Counted from the stretch's first letter, positions 12,400-24,594 are shown. The stretch is DNA of 64,000 nt from Plasmodiophora brassicae (GCA_036867785.1 CP145410.1:186001-250000), one strand, 5' to 3'. Made by a program: numbers and translations. The notes: generated from the letters alone by a model not told the origin.

Positions 12400-12484
12400 C
12401 CGGTACCGCTCCGAGCCGGGTTGGTGACGAACACGGACGCGTCCGCCAGCGTGTCCATCGAAGAGGACGACTGCACGGTCAGGG
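12400..12484 (-). repeat. Inverted partial copy of the TerD-coding segment 11563-11653
   Basis: 12400-12461 is the reverse complement of 11592-11653 with 1 mismatch in 62 nt; 12472-12484 matches 11563-11575. Confidence 0.93.
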
Positions 12485-12667
12485 TGCATCCGCCAATGCC
12501 ATGCGTGTTGTAGAACATGGAGGACGTCGCGCTCGACTTGTCTAGTTCGGTTTCCCGTAGTCCCCTCCCTTTCTGACGAAACTGGGACAGCCGACTAACA
12601 CTGCTCCTTGAAGCGTTCATGTCCCAGCGCCGGTCAACGGCTTCTGAGACGAACTGTCGGGTGGATC

Positions 12668-12768
12668 AAAAAATATGCGCAGGCTGGTTCGGGAATTGAA
12701 CCCGAACCAAAAGTGAAACGATAGTCATGGTCGGAGGACGGACGTGTGAGTAATCAATTGTACCAACC
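12668..12768 (-). ncRNA. tRNA-like element (T-arm/B-box, 7-bp terminal stem, T6 terminator); not a canonical tRNA
   Basis: Minus strand reads GGTTGGT...TCGGG-TTCAATT-CCCGA-ACCAGCC-TGCGCATA-TTTTTT; no clear D-arm/A-box or anticodon arm. Confidence 0.4.
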
Positions 12769-12844
12769 ATGTTGGCGTTCCAAAGGTCGGCCCTTCAGTT
12801 GTACTATAAGAACGTTCCAACGGTGTGCCTGCGTCAACATTCGC

Positions 12845-12955
12845 TTGAGTTGAGTTGAGTTTATTTGTTGTTCGCGCTTTTCACGCAGGCGTCTCGGTAT
12901 CGGGTCCGAGGACCGAAGGCTCAACGAGCAGAACGCCAGCATCACTCGGCCTGGC
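12845..12955 (-). mobile_element. Dispersed repeat copy 1, resembling a non-LTR retroelement 3' end with a (CTCAA)n tail
   Basis: Similar to 46798-46912; minus strand ends ...EPSVLGPDTETPA*, then AATAAA, then ctcaactcaactcaa. Confidence 0.6.
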
Positions 12956-13898
12956 AGTGCCGGCCCATCACCTCTGTTCTGGGATCATCGCGTCTGGACG
13001 ATATCGGAACGTGACTTGACTCGCTCGGAATTGCCGACTGCACTCTTTGTCGGGTCAGGGAGCTATAGCTGCTGATGCCGCCAATGGGCGTCAAGCGATG
13101 ATCGGGCGCCGCCGTACAGTCCACTCGATACCTGAAGGATCGCCTGAGCAGTACGCTGCACCGCCGGGCTCAAACCGTTCTCGACGCTCATTTACATATC
13201 ATCAATGATACACAGGTAGAGAACGCTTGGCGGTATTGATGGGGGTGCGGCGGACGTGGTTCCTTCGATATTTTGTCGCGCAGGTGAAGGGGGTTGGATT
13301 CTCCATGCTGCCCACTGAAGCCAATTTGTTGAATGCGCCACGTACTCCGTATGGAGCTCCACAGGAACTCCTTACCTGGGCGATCCATTCGGGCGCGACG
13401 ACCGGTGCCGACGTGTTATGCATGAAATTGCGGATCGACATCGCGAACCCCAACGAGGCATCATCACGGCGCGAAGATGGCGACGGCTCCTCGTCAATGA
13501 TCATTATTGGCACTCACACCGTCGACGGGGATCTCATGGCTACGGCTACACGTTCATTGGATCGGGCATACCGGGCGGAGTCGAGCATCATGACATGGTG
13601 CTCGGCTACAGTTCCAATTTGTGCGCTAGTCTGCGTCCAACCTGTGCGCGTCGCGATTTCGCGCGACGCTGTTGCCTTCGGTGCTGAATGCTGACGGCGC
13701 CATATTTGGTTGCAATGGGTCCATGACCAGGTGACAGCAAGTCCGAGCGGGATCTGCTGCCGTCCGAGCAGCCAGGGCGGCGGGCCAGATAAAGATTCCA
13801 GCGTTCCGAGCGAGGTCGACATCTCAGGCTCAGCTGCTCATCAAAGTCCCGATCGGTCGCCGACAATGCCCATCAGCAATCGTATTGGATCGCATCGT

Positions 13899-15035
13899 AT
13901 GTCGGTGCCGGCGCTGCTGATCCTGACCGCCGCCCTTCTCGCCGGCCGCATCCAGGCTGCTGATGACGTGATGATCCTTCCGGGCGACACCAGTCGCATA
14001 CCAGTCAACCGGTGGCCTACAATCGCAGCCTTGCGCGGCCAGGACGCATTCATGCCGGCTGTCAACAGCGCTCCAGGCCTGGCCCGCCTCAAGTCATTCG
14101 CAATCACCGAGAAGAGGCAGGAGATCGTCAACCGTCTTTTTAGGCACCTCATAAGCGGGTCCGGACAGGACAGCGACGTGGCCTACCAGATTGGCAAGAA
14201 ACCATGGGACAACTGTCAGCCGCTACTGCACTGGGCCGCAAGCGAAGGCGAGGCCGACATTGTCCAGTTCCTGCTGAGTGCTCCGGGCATCACTGCCAAT
14301 GTGGTTGATTCCCGCCTTGGGCGGACGCCATTGCACTGGGCCACTCGTCAAGGGCAGTATATCACTATGGAGTTGCTGTTGGCGGCTCGGGGCATCGACG
14401 TCAATGCACGCGACATTAAGCAGAAGACGCCACTGCATTTGGCCGTGATCTTCGGGCACGACGACGCCGTCGTGGCCTTGGTGCACGCCGACAATATTAA
14501 CGTCACAGCCGTCGACAAGGACGGGAAGGCCCCTCTGCAGCACGCGATGGAACACTGGTCTGCAGACCCGGGGTCTCTTGCGCGTCAGTACATCATCATG
14601 GTCCTCATCGCTGTCGGCGCCGGGTTCGGCCCGATGTCAGACGTCACGCCGCTGTACTGGGCCGTGGATCACGATTATTCCAACATTGTCAAGATGCTGC
14701 TCAAGTTGGGAGGAATCGACGTCAACGAGGGCGGCGGTGCTCGTTCGAGCCCCCTGTGCAAGGCTGTGATGCAAAACCGTCATCGCCTGGTTGAGATGCT
14801 GCTGGAGCACGAGGATATTGATGCCAATGCTGGCGACCCGTTGCTGCTGGCCGTTCAGGAACGCCACATTGGAATCGCTAAGATGCTCGCCCAGCACCCG
14901 AAGCTCGTCATGTCGACAGGTGTCTGGCAGGCAGTGCAGCTGGCCGAGCAGTATGGGGATTCGCAACTCGTGCCCTGGATTATTGCCCCGCGTAAACTGG
15001 CGCGTTCCACGACGGGACTCTTCAAGTACCCGTGA
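13899..15035 (+). CDS. Secreted ankyrin-repeat protein, effector candidate, intronless
   Basis: Signal peptide MSVPALLILTAALLAGRIQA; ANK motifs LLHWAA, GRTPLHWA, KTPLHLAV, TPLYWAV, SPLCKAV, DPLLLAV. Confidence 0.88.
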   Translation: MSVPALLILTAALLAGRIQAADDVMILPGDTSRIPVNRWPTIAALRGQDAFMPAVNSAPGLARLKSFAITEKRQEIVNRLFRHLISGSGQDSDVAYQIGKKPWDNCQPLLHWAASEGEADIVQFLLSAPGITANVVDSRLGRTPLHWATRQGQYITMELLLAARGIDVNARDIKQKTPLHLAVIFGHDDAVVALVHADNINVTAVDKDGKAPLQHAMEHWSADPGSLARQYIIMVLIAVGAGFGPMSDVTPLYWAVDHDYSNIVKMLLKLGGIDVNEGGGARSSPLCKAVMQNRHRLVEMLLEHEDIDANAGDPLLLAVQERHIGIAKMLAQHPKLVMSTGVWQAVQLAEQYGDSQLVPWIIAPRKLARSTTGLFKYP

Positions 15036-15369
15036 TCCTCGATGGACTGCGTCCACAATGTTCATCGCCCTTCGCACTAAAGTTGCACGCCTTTCTGGAT
15101 TGACCTTGCCGCCGTAGTATGGTCAGGGAGATGTGCAACATGGGTGCTGGTGTAGAGACAGTGGCTGGAGGTGCGCACGCAACCGTAGACCAAGCGTCTC
15201 TGCTTGTACTGACGCTAACAAAGCGGGGCGCCACCTGACAGCGTTGACGTCGGACGAGCCGCCGGACGTCGTGTGGCGTGCCACTTCACGTTCGATTGGT
15301 TCGAGTGGTGAACATACGCGATGTTTCGACTCTTGAAGGAGCTACTGGAAAACCGATGGATGCGTCACC

Positions 15370-15726
15370 CGAAAGATGGATATGTTTGTGTATTTCCCCT
15401 GATGCTTCGGATTTGCATTGGTCTGTCTTTCTTACACAGATTCCATATGATATCTCCAGGAACCATTTGCCAACCAACACCATGACCCAATGGCTTTCAT
15501 CTCTGGTTCGCTGCGTCGCAACCAGAGTCGTTGGGCAATCATCGAGAAAGGTTTTGCAATCGTTGAAGGATGTTTCCACTCCCGACACTATTTGCATTCG
15601 GCTGATGCACTTCGTATCTTTACTGATCACCGTAACGTCATGTACATTATGGACCCGCTTCATTTTACTACGAACCTGAGCCGTATGGCTGGTGATCGAT
15701 TTGAGAGATCATCATGGGGGCTATAA
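15370..15726 (+). pseudogene. Degenerate Ty3/gypsy-type RNase H fragment
   Basis: PDASDLHWSVFLTQ then, after a frameshift, PMAFISGSLRRNQSRWAIIEKGFAIV...RIFTDHRNVMYI. Confidence 0.8.
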
Positions 15727-15832
15727 CTGGATTCGCGTCCGACGCCGTTCATCATGGGCCACGATCAGGATCAAGTTGAGATTGGCCGCCAGCACAACGG
15801 GCTCCCGCAAGGGGGCCGCCGCCAGGCAGCTC

Positions 15833-15885
15833 ACCTGTCACCAGTGCGGGCGGCCCCCGGCCACCTACGCCGGGACTACCCTCCG
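15833..15885 (+). pseudogene. Frameshifted gag-like zinc knuckle remnant
   Basis: TCHQCGR then PGHLRRDYP across a frameshift, a degenerate CX2CX4HX4C. Confidence 0.5.
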
Positions 15886-16516
15886 TCCCGTCACGGCGAT
15901 GCGTACGAAGGTACCAACGCGCACGGCACGGAAGCTCAAGCTTGCCCCCCCCCCCCCCCTCACGGACATACGGCGGGCCACGGGCCCACGGCCCACCGCC
16001 CATGCGGCATTGTACAAATGTCATCGTCCATCACGACGTCATATCAGCGACGGGCTATACACCTGCACGTCCGACTTCCACCCAGTCACGTTGTGGGCCC
16101 GTGGTCTGAGCCCGCCCCGCGCTTCGTACCATGCATTGTCTCGAGACACTGTCCTTTAGATTTCTCGACGGGATTCCCCTGTATCAGTCCATCGAACGCG
16201 CCCTAGGCCCGACAAACAAAGTGGACGCGGTTCGACGTCGCTGCTTCGAAAGCGATCGACCGCGCGTTCGCAGCAGACCGAAGGCGTGTTCGGCGGACTG
16301 ACACTGGCGAATCTCGTCGAGACCACGGCTTTTGTCTGGCCCGGCACCGAATATTTAATAGGCTTTCGCGGCCGATGATGATGATGATGACTGATCGATA
16401 TTGCCGCCCTAGGACCAACATCACTACCGTATCGTGGGTGCCGGAGATCTTCGAGTCACGCGTCGGAGTTACGGAGGTGTTGCCGACGCGAAACTCCGTG
16501 ACGGTCTCTCGCCGTC

Positions 16517-17457
16517 ATGGCGACTGCTGCGACGTACGCCCAGTTCGTGCTGGGCACACCAGGCGCTGGCAAGAGCACGTATTGCGCAGGTAGGTATTTG
16601 ATTTGGCAGTCGCGAGTCGATCGTGTGACCCAATTGTCAGGCATGAGCGAGTTTATGCGCTTGTTGAAACGGAAGTGCGTTGTCGTCAATCTGGATCCGG
16701 CGAACGACCGCCTGCCGTACGAATGCGCTGTTGATATTCGCGAGCTTGTTCGCCTAGAAGACGTGATGGAACGGCACACGCCTGAGGCTGGTGATGCTGA
16801 GGAGTCGTTCGGACTCGGACCGAATGGCGGTCTTGTGTTCTGCATCGAGTACCTCGAGAAGAACCTTGACTGGCTGCGCTCTGCGCTAAAGCCCTTCGAA
16901 TCGCAATGGATCTTGTTCGACTGCCCTGGCCAGGTCGAACTGTACACGGTTCACACCTCCATGCGTAACATCTTCCGAGCCATCACCAACGACTGGCAGT
17001 GGCGAACGGCATGCGTCCACCTGGTCGACGTTGCACATTGCTTGGATGCTTCCCGATACATTTCCGCGCTCCTTCTCTCATTGACGGCCATGTTGCATCT
17101 GGAATTGCCTCATGTTAACGTCCTGTCCAAGATCGACCAGCTTAGGCAGTTCGGTAGACTTCGTAAGTGTATCGTCGTTTGAAATATCGGCATCGTGTTG
17201 ACGTACGGCTCCGATTTCCAGCATTGGGCTTGCAGTTTTATTCTGAGGTGCTCAACCTACAGCACCTTGTCATGCTGCTGGAACAGGACCCGATGACCGC
17301 GCGTTTCACGGCATTGAACTCGGCGCTGTGCAACCTCATCGAAGAGTTCGGCCTCGTGCGGTTCGTTCCGCTAAAAATCGAAAACAAGCACAGCGTGTTC
17401 CGGCTGCTGCAGGAGGTCGACCGGTCAGTCGGGTACGCTGACGACAACACAGCTTAA
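16517..17457 (+). CDS. GPN2: GPN-loop GTPase 2, multi-exon
   Basis: GTPGAGKSTYC, VNLDPAND, GLGPNGGLVFCIEYL, FDCPGQVELYT, LELPHVNVLSKID. Confidence 0.9.
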
Positions 17458-17518
17458 ACTTTATTCATTGTCCTCCGATTGTATGCGAGTCCAATCTGTT
17501 CGAAGCGATCGTTTGCGC

Positions 17519-18142
17519 TCACTGCACCTCAATACGATGAGGTTCAGGGAATTCCTTACGGCCTTCGGTCGTCTTTCCCATTGTTATGATCAGGACGCCA
17601 CATTCATTGCGAGCAGAGACCTTGTCGGAATCGGCGCCTAGCGGGATGGGAATCGTACGAACCGATGGCGTTATAGCGCGCTCGGACCACACGACATCCT
17701 CCTGGTCCACCTTGCAGAGGTCGGTTCCAACACCCGGCGATGGGTTCGCATTGATCGTCAGCACGTCTGTTGCGACCTTTACGGCGATCTGATCTTTCGT
17801 GAGGCCGGGTACATCGACAATCAGGATCTACCACGACAGGGTTAGGCCAAGCTTGCCACGGAAGTGAACATCACCGACAAACTGGTCATCCTGCTCGACA
17901 AGCGTGCTCGACAACGGCATGATGCTCGACCCATACTGGGTCGAAGGCGCGTCACGTGGCAGATTCGCCAGCTGCGTCAGTCGGGTACGGTGATGATGAC
18001 GGCGCGCGTGATGGTACCGATGACGGTACCGGTGCGTTTCGGTCGGAAACGGCTCGTTCATGAACGTGTCGGGCATGCCGACATCGAGGGACGGTTCGTT
18101 GTAGTACGTCGCGAACGGGTCTTCCAATGGCACCAGGCTCAT
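17519..18142 (-). CDS. Small heat-shock protein (HSP20/alpha-crystallin), 2 exons
   Basis: LIVDVPGLTKDQI, RTIPIPLGADSDKVSARNECGVLIITMGK, C-terminal IEV motif. Confidence 0.8.
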
Positions 18143-18702
18143 CTTCCGTCCAGCACCCCACTCTTCCTAAATGAATTTTGGAGAATACCCTCCGACGGCC
18201 ACCGGCGGATCCTCAACCCAACGGTCACCAATCTTCCCACGGGGCCCTTTTCTTGCTGTCCTCCGATCCGGCCCTAGGGTGGCTTTTCTAAATCACGGCA
18301 GCCATCAATGTCGATAGGAGGCTGTTGGATGACGGTGCTGAAGGCAGGCCGTGGTATATGGGCCAACACCCTTTTATGTTCCTGCATCAAGCCCATACGG
18401 CATCCGCCCTCGGCAACTCGATCGGCAAATAAACGCCGTCGATTATCGCCTATCGTTCCTGTCGGAGCCGGGTCCAACAGACGCAGCACTGTAACCGTGT
18501 GGCATGTGCCATCGTCTACTGTAACACTGTGACGTTTCCCGTGTGCTTTTCGAAACGCTCCATACGGCGCGCTTTTTGAGAGACTCTGTTTGGGGGTGAA
18601 TTCGCAGCACCCAGGTGGCGGCGGCGGCGGGCGGATTTTCGTGTTGGGAGCGAGCGGGAGCTGTCGTCGTCGTCGACGTCGTTGCGTTTCGCGGCGGCGA
18701 GT

Positions 18703-21700
18703 ATGGTGGTCGCCAACGAGGATGTCGACAAGGAGAACTGGCTGCCGCGCGTCAGCGGCAAGCAGGCGCTGGCCCGACGCCGGTCGACCGGGATCATGAA
18801 AGGCGGCGATTCGACAGGGACGCTGCTGTCGCCAAAGCCGAAGAAACGCCGGCGGGAGAGTTTGAGGTAGGGATTGATTTTCGCCCGATATTGCATGGTC
18901 TAAGCGCGTTTCGGTTAGCAAGCGAGTCAGTTTCGGTGTCGTTGATGTGCGATTGTATGAGAAGGACGAGGACTGGTCGGAGAGCCCAGCGAACGTCGTG
19001 CGATCTGTTGATGTCGGGACTGTACCATTCAATGATCACCCGACACCGAGTCCGGTAAAGCCCCAGGAGGCGCGCACGCTGCTGAGCCTCGTTCAAGACG
19101 ACGACAGCGACGACGACGACCAGACGATGGAGATGACCGTGAACGTTGGGAAGATCATTTCGGCTGGGGAGACACACAAAGTAATTGGCGATGAAGCGTT
19201 GAACAACGCTGACCAGGAACAGACGATGGAGATGACGGTCAACGTCGGAACGATCGTTTCGGCTAGCTCAGTAATTGCCCTGCAGACCACGGCGGTTGAC
19301 AGCGAAGAGACCATGGAGATGACGGCAAATGTGGGTCAGATCCTTTCGGCGAAACTGCCCGACGACGGTGATGAGACGATGGAGATGACAACCAACATCG
19401 GCGAGATCGTGTCATCAAACCCGACCACCGAGGCTGATGAGACTATGGAGATCACGACGAATGTCGGCGCCATCCTGAGTACCGCATCTGAGGTGTACAA
19501 AGACACGAACCCCGCTGAGCGTGACGATGAGGGGCCGGAGGAAGGGGAGATTACCATCCAGATGGACGGCAACTACGACGAAAGTACGGCGGATTTGCAG
19601 AGCGTGAACGGCGAACAGACGATGGATATGACAGTGGCTCATGGAAAGATCCTGGCCGTCGAGAGCGAGCAAACAATGGAGATGACCGCAGTGCACGGAC
19701 AGATCCTGTCAACGAGCGCCCACCCTGTTCTAGACGATCGGGAGAACGTGGAGCACGTACAAGAGCCCGCTAAGGAAGAGTCTGAGCCTGACCCGCCGAA
19801 GGACATCGCTAGCCAACCTGACGGGGTCGTCAGCGGTGTCGTCGAAGAGACCGTCATTCACCCTGCGGTGACACACGACTTCTCTCACCTTCTAGACGAC
19901 GACAACGATGTGTCGACCACTGTAAGGGATTCAGAGCAAGCAGTGTTGGGTGACTCTTATACCTTGTATCAGGTTCCGATCCAGCAGGCATCAGCGGAGA
20001 CACCGGATATGGGCGATATCGATGCTCTGGAGGACCACGAAGTTACTGGTGAGCTGACCAAGAACTTTAAGGCCAAGATGGCTGGGATTTTGATGGGCGA
20101 CATTGATGAGCGCACGGTCGACCTGCGCCAGGCCAACCTGACATCGTCCGAGCTGGCCATCGCGGCCGTGTTCAAGAGGATTCTCGATGATAGCACCAAC
20201 GACACTGTCAATGATGCTCGTGACTCCATGCATGGCAACGACGACAGTAAGGTGCTAGAGAGCGTCGACGAATTCCTGTCCAGGAGGATTATGTCGCCTC
20301 AACGACCGGCTGCCAAACCTGCGCCGAGCAAGGCGGACGAAGCCGTAATCGTTCCCTCCACTGTTCAGCAGCTGCTGGCGCTGGCTGGCATGCGATTCAT
20401 GGACAGTTGCAATTGGAGTTCGTCTCGCAAGACGCTCTCCTTCGGGTTCTGTCCGCCTTCGGTCCGAACGATCAGCGATCACGATCGGCTCAAACTGTCA
20501 TCTGTCGACCAGATTCACCTGGAGCAGTTGAAAGGCAGTTGCGGGCAGATGTCGACCGCTGTTGGACAGCTGAAGGACGACATCGCCAATCTGGAGTCTA
20601 TTGTCGACTCGCAATGCCAAGGCGTTTTCGAGAAGTTGGTCAAGGTTCGCATTTGGATCATTAACCGTGATGCCGTCCTGACACTGAATGTCTCGCAGGA
20701 TGGCCAAAACTCCCTCGCAAGTGTGATGAGGCGCCTGAAACAATTCTGCAAGGCAGAGGCGCGGCTGAAGTGGTTTGACTACCGAATCAAGCAGGCCGAG
20801 CAGACGCGAGATGCTTTTCTAGGTCGAGCTCAGGTTCTCGCTGCCGACGTGTCAAAGATCGAGAGAGCGGACGCTGAGGTCGATAACGGCAACTGTGTTT
20901 GAACGTCACGTATTAACCTATGCCCTGCAGCTTGCTGAAAAGATGCCCATGCGAGCGCAACGAGAAGAAAACGGCCAACTTGCTGTTCTGAAATCCGCAG
21001 TTGCTGAGCAAGCCGAAGCGATCGATGTTTTCCTCTTGCAGCGGGACCAGCTTGTCACCGAGCGCACTGCAGTAACCGATCGCGTTTCCAGTATCAGGCG
21101 GTCCATCGCAGAACACGAAGAGAACCTGCGTAACGCCATTGCGAAACAGGAACTCGAGGTCGTTGGTTCCACCTGTATCTACCGATGCGGTTCGCTGACA
21201 CTGTCGGCAGGAGCGGAGGGCTCGTGCAGATCGTAAACTTCGTCTCGTGAAGGGTGCCGCTGGGTGGGACCTCGTCCATTGCAACCGGCGCTCTCTGTCG
21301 CTCGAGGTCAACCATGGTTACACGCTGTCCATCCGCCTGTCGGCCGTTGCTCGCGGCGTCATCGACCACATTGAGCTGTCATCACCGTCAGCCAAGCCGG
21401 TTGCGGACGAGGGCCTCTCCGTTATGCGCGACGTTCGCGTCGCTGAAATCCGCTCCCTGTGCTCGGAGTGCAAGACGACCCAATCGTTGCCTGCTCTGAG
21501 GGCTAAGGTCCGACATCGCCGTCTATCCCGTACGGCACTGACGGTCTGCCGTTCAGATATCAACCCGGGTAGGGCGGCTGCACAGTCTGGAGCTGGAACT
21601 CCAACGGCTGCGAACGGCGTTCACTGTCGAGATCATGGACGCGTGGACGGTTCTGGTTCGGATATCGTCGATCTCGCCCCTGGAGTGCGTCGAGGTCGTC

Positions 21701-21862
21701 GTCGACCTGAAGAACTACCCGGCGTCGTACACCATCGTGGACGTTCCGTTCGCGTTTGGCACGATCTCTGCCGCGGAATGCAGGCGCATCGCGGCATCCG
21801 CCCGCGGGTTCGGTGCGCTGTCGAAGCTCTGCGCCGCCATCCGCACCCGCATGTCCCAATGA
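18703..21862 (+). CDS. KNL1: Kinetochore scaffold KNL1/Spc105, multi-exon
   Basis: N-terminal GIMK (SILK-like) and KRVSF PP1 motifs, seven ME(M/I)T/MDMT repeats, coiled coil and RWD-like C-terminus. Confidence 0.8.
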
Positions 21863-22015
21863 CCAGAGCAACCTCAACACAGCGTGCACTACTACCACAG
21901 CAATAAATATCGTCGACGTTATTCTACGACAACGACGTCCAACGGTGAGGGACTACTCCTGGTGCCCTGCTTTGAGTCCAACGTGTATGCCGTATGCGGA
22001 CCCCCCAGGCATGGC

Positions 22016-24594
22016 CTACGCGGCGGCGTGTACCACTGATGCCCGATGCTTGCGACCGTCGTATTCATCCGCCATGTCGAGCGCAATCGCTATGGACTGC
22101 TTCATGTTCTTGTTGACGACGTTCTGCAGCGACGGGCTGGCAAACATGGCTCGACCTGGCACCGTTTGAGCGAACTGGAATGACAGACTCCACGAACACT
22201 GTGGCGCGTCTCTATACCGGAGTTGTTTTCTTCATCGATCAGGAAGCAAAGGAATACGGCATCGGTTGTGGCCTCGAAGACGATCATCAGCAGCGAGGCG
22301 ATCACGTAGGACAGTCTGTGGCACCACGGTCAGCCACGCCAAGCCAACACTCCTATAACTGTGGGTCGCGCGTGATCACCCGAAGACGGCCAATGTGGGC
22401 AGCGTGGGCGAAGACACATCCGCGAATGCATCCGTTCTTGTCAGAACGCAATACGCGACAGCGGTCGTGAGCAGCGCCACCAGAACCTGGCAGTATATAG
22501 GAGTTAGAGAGCGTCGGCCCAGATGCATGTACAACGACCGTGGCACCTTGCCAAGCAGGACAATGTAGTGGCTGACGGCGCTCACAGCAGCGACCCGGGC
22601 CAGGTTGCGCCAGAGCAATGCAAAGGCGGCCGATGACGCCGGCAGGAACGCCTTCCCGTACAGGGCGACGAAGACGAACGCGTTCTTCGACACCTTGCCC
22701 AGGACACAATCCAGGCCCCTGTGGCCAGCCGGCAGTCAGATGCCGAGCGACCTGGACGCGTGCCGAACGCGGCTGATACTTTAGGCAGACGTGGACGCAG
22801 GAGTAGACAGCGCGTTGCACCCGATTCTGACGGGCCTTCGTCTTGCGCTCCAGGTAGGTGACGACCGTACGTACGAACCGGATGATGGCAATGATGAGGG
22901 CGCCGAACGCGACAGTGCCCAGATGGTACACGAGCGTGTTGAAGAACCAGCGATTAACCAGGCCGGATTTCACCTTGGCCAGGGGCGTCAGACACCAGCG
23001 CCGGGAGAAACGGTCGTCGCAATCCACCTTCTTGACGCCGTTGGTTCCCGCAGGCGTGAAGTACCAGTCGACGATGACGCCGGCCACCACCAGGTACGTG
23101 AAGTACACAAACACCTGCCACACGGTCACAACGGGCAACCCGACGTATTCGACACGTGACGCGCCTGCATGCACCAGAACAGGTGGAAGAAGTGGTACAC
23201 GATCGCGCGCTGCATGGATGGGTCGAACCTGCGGTCCAGGTACGTCTCGCCGACCAGGTGCCGCAACTGGGCGGGTACCTATCGGGACAAACGCTCATCA
23301 GGCACCGGCCAACGTCGGTTCGGCACCCGATTCAACCTGCTGCGGACGCATGAGCTCTGGGCGCGCCACGTCAGACACGGTCGGGCAAGCGTTTGCACAG
23401 ACGCGCGCGGCGCCTACCTTGCACGCTGAATATGTAGACGGCGGCGCAGATCCAGAAGGCGACGTAGAGCAGGGTGCCGACCAGCGGCACCAGCGGGTAC
23501 AGCAGCAGCGGCGGGATCGCCGTGATCACCTTCGCGCTCTCCCGGACGACTTCGACGGCGGTGCGGATCTGGCGACGCATGGCGTACAGGGCGCTGAGCA
23601 GCAGGGCCGCCAGCCCGGCGGTCCCGTACGCGAACACCCTAAGCCCAAGCGCTTCGTCAGCGCGGCGGCACCACCAGCACGGGCCGACCCGTCGTACTTG
23701 TAGGCGTACGGCGGGAACCTGCGATCCTGTGCGCCGTCGTCGCCGGATCGCTTCAGCAGCGCCCAGCACAGGGCGCCGACCGCCCCGACACCCAGTACGA
23801 TGGCAACGACGACCATTGTGCCGACGAATCTGCCCAGAACGTGTCAGCAGCAGGACGACGACCGGGTCGCCGGGGCACGCGACATTGTCCCTACCGGCGG
23901 CAGACGGACGCGTACAACAGGGACAGGACGACGGCGGCGCCGGCGCTGGCCAGGAGCAGCGTCCAGGACACCTTCAGGTCGCCGAACGCACGGTACGTCG
24001 ACCCCTCGTCGAAACGTTCATAGAAGCCGTCCGCCTTCGTCGGCAGGCAGTAGAACGTGACTATATGGCGAATGCGTCAGATCGGGTTGGGCAGGGCACG
24101 GTGAACGGCGTCGGCGCGCGCGTCCTGTCGTTTACATTTCCTGGATGGGTACGGGGACACGACCACGTCGCTGGACAGGGTCGCATCGCACGACGAGACG
24201 CACGTCTTGATGCTGAACAACGTGATCGGGTTGACGGATCGCAGGCCAGTCTGCCCAGGGACGCCCGGCCACACGGCCAGCGGCTTGTCCTCGACACCGG
24301 GACTAACGCCACAGATACGGTCCTGCGTGTCGACGCCTCGCACCAGCCTGACGAACAGCGACATCCGGGTCAATGCTCCGTCATCAACGCGCGCGCGGTG
24401 CCGTCGTACAGGTTAGGGTCGGCGCCGCGCTTGTGTGCCACCAGGAAGACGCCGACAATGGCGATCCAGGATGCTATCCACAGCGCCAGCATCGGCACAT
24501 CGGTGCATGCGCGGCAGCGTTTCACGCGCGCCTCCGGCGCCCTACGCTGGACGTCCTCATCGTCCCCAGCAGTACACCCACAGCTGTTGCCCAT
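22016..24594 (-). CDS. Choline transporter-like protein (CTL/SLC44), multi-exon
   Basis: RACTDVPML, YHLGTVAFGALIIAIIRFVR, SKNAFVFVALYGKAF, TTDAVFLCFLIDEENN. Confidence 0.88.

Noticed and set aside
12668-12768. Canonical tRNA or canonical Y RNA call
   Set aside because: No D-loop GG/A-box, no anticodon stem and no bulged-C Ro-binding helix; kept only as tRNA-like
13188-13513. Possible RT-RNase H linker remnant (KEFLWS, AFNKL)
   Set aside because: Motifs too short and in different frames to support a call
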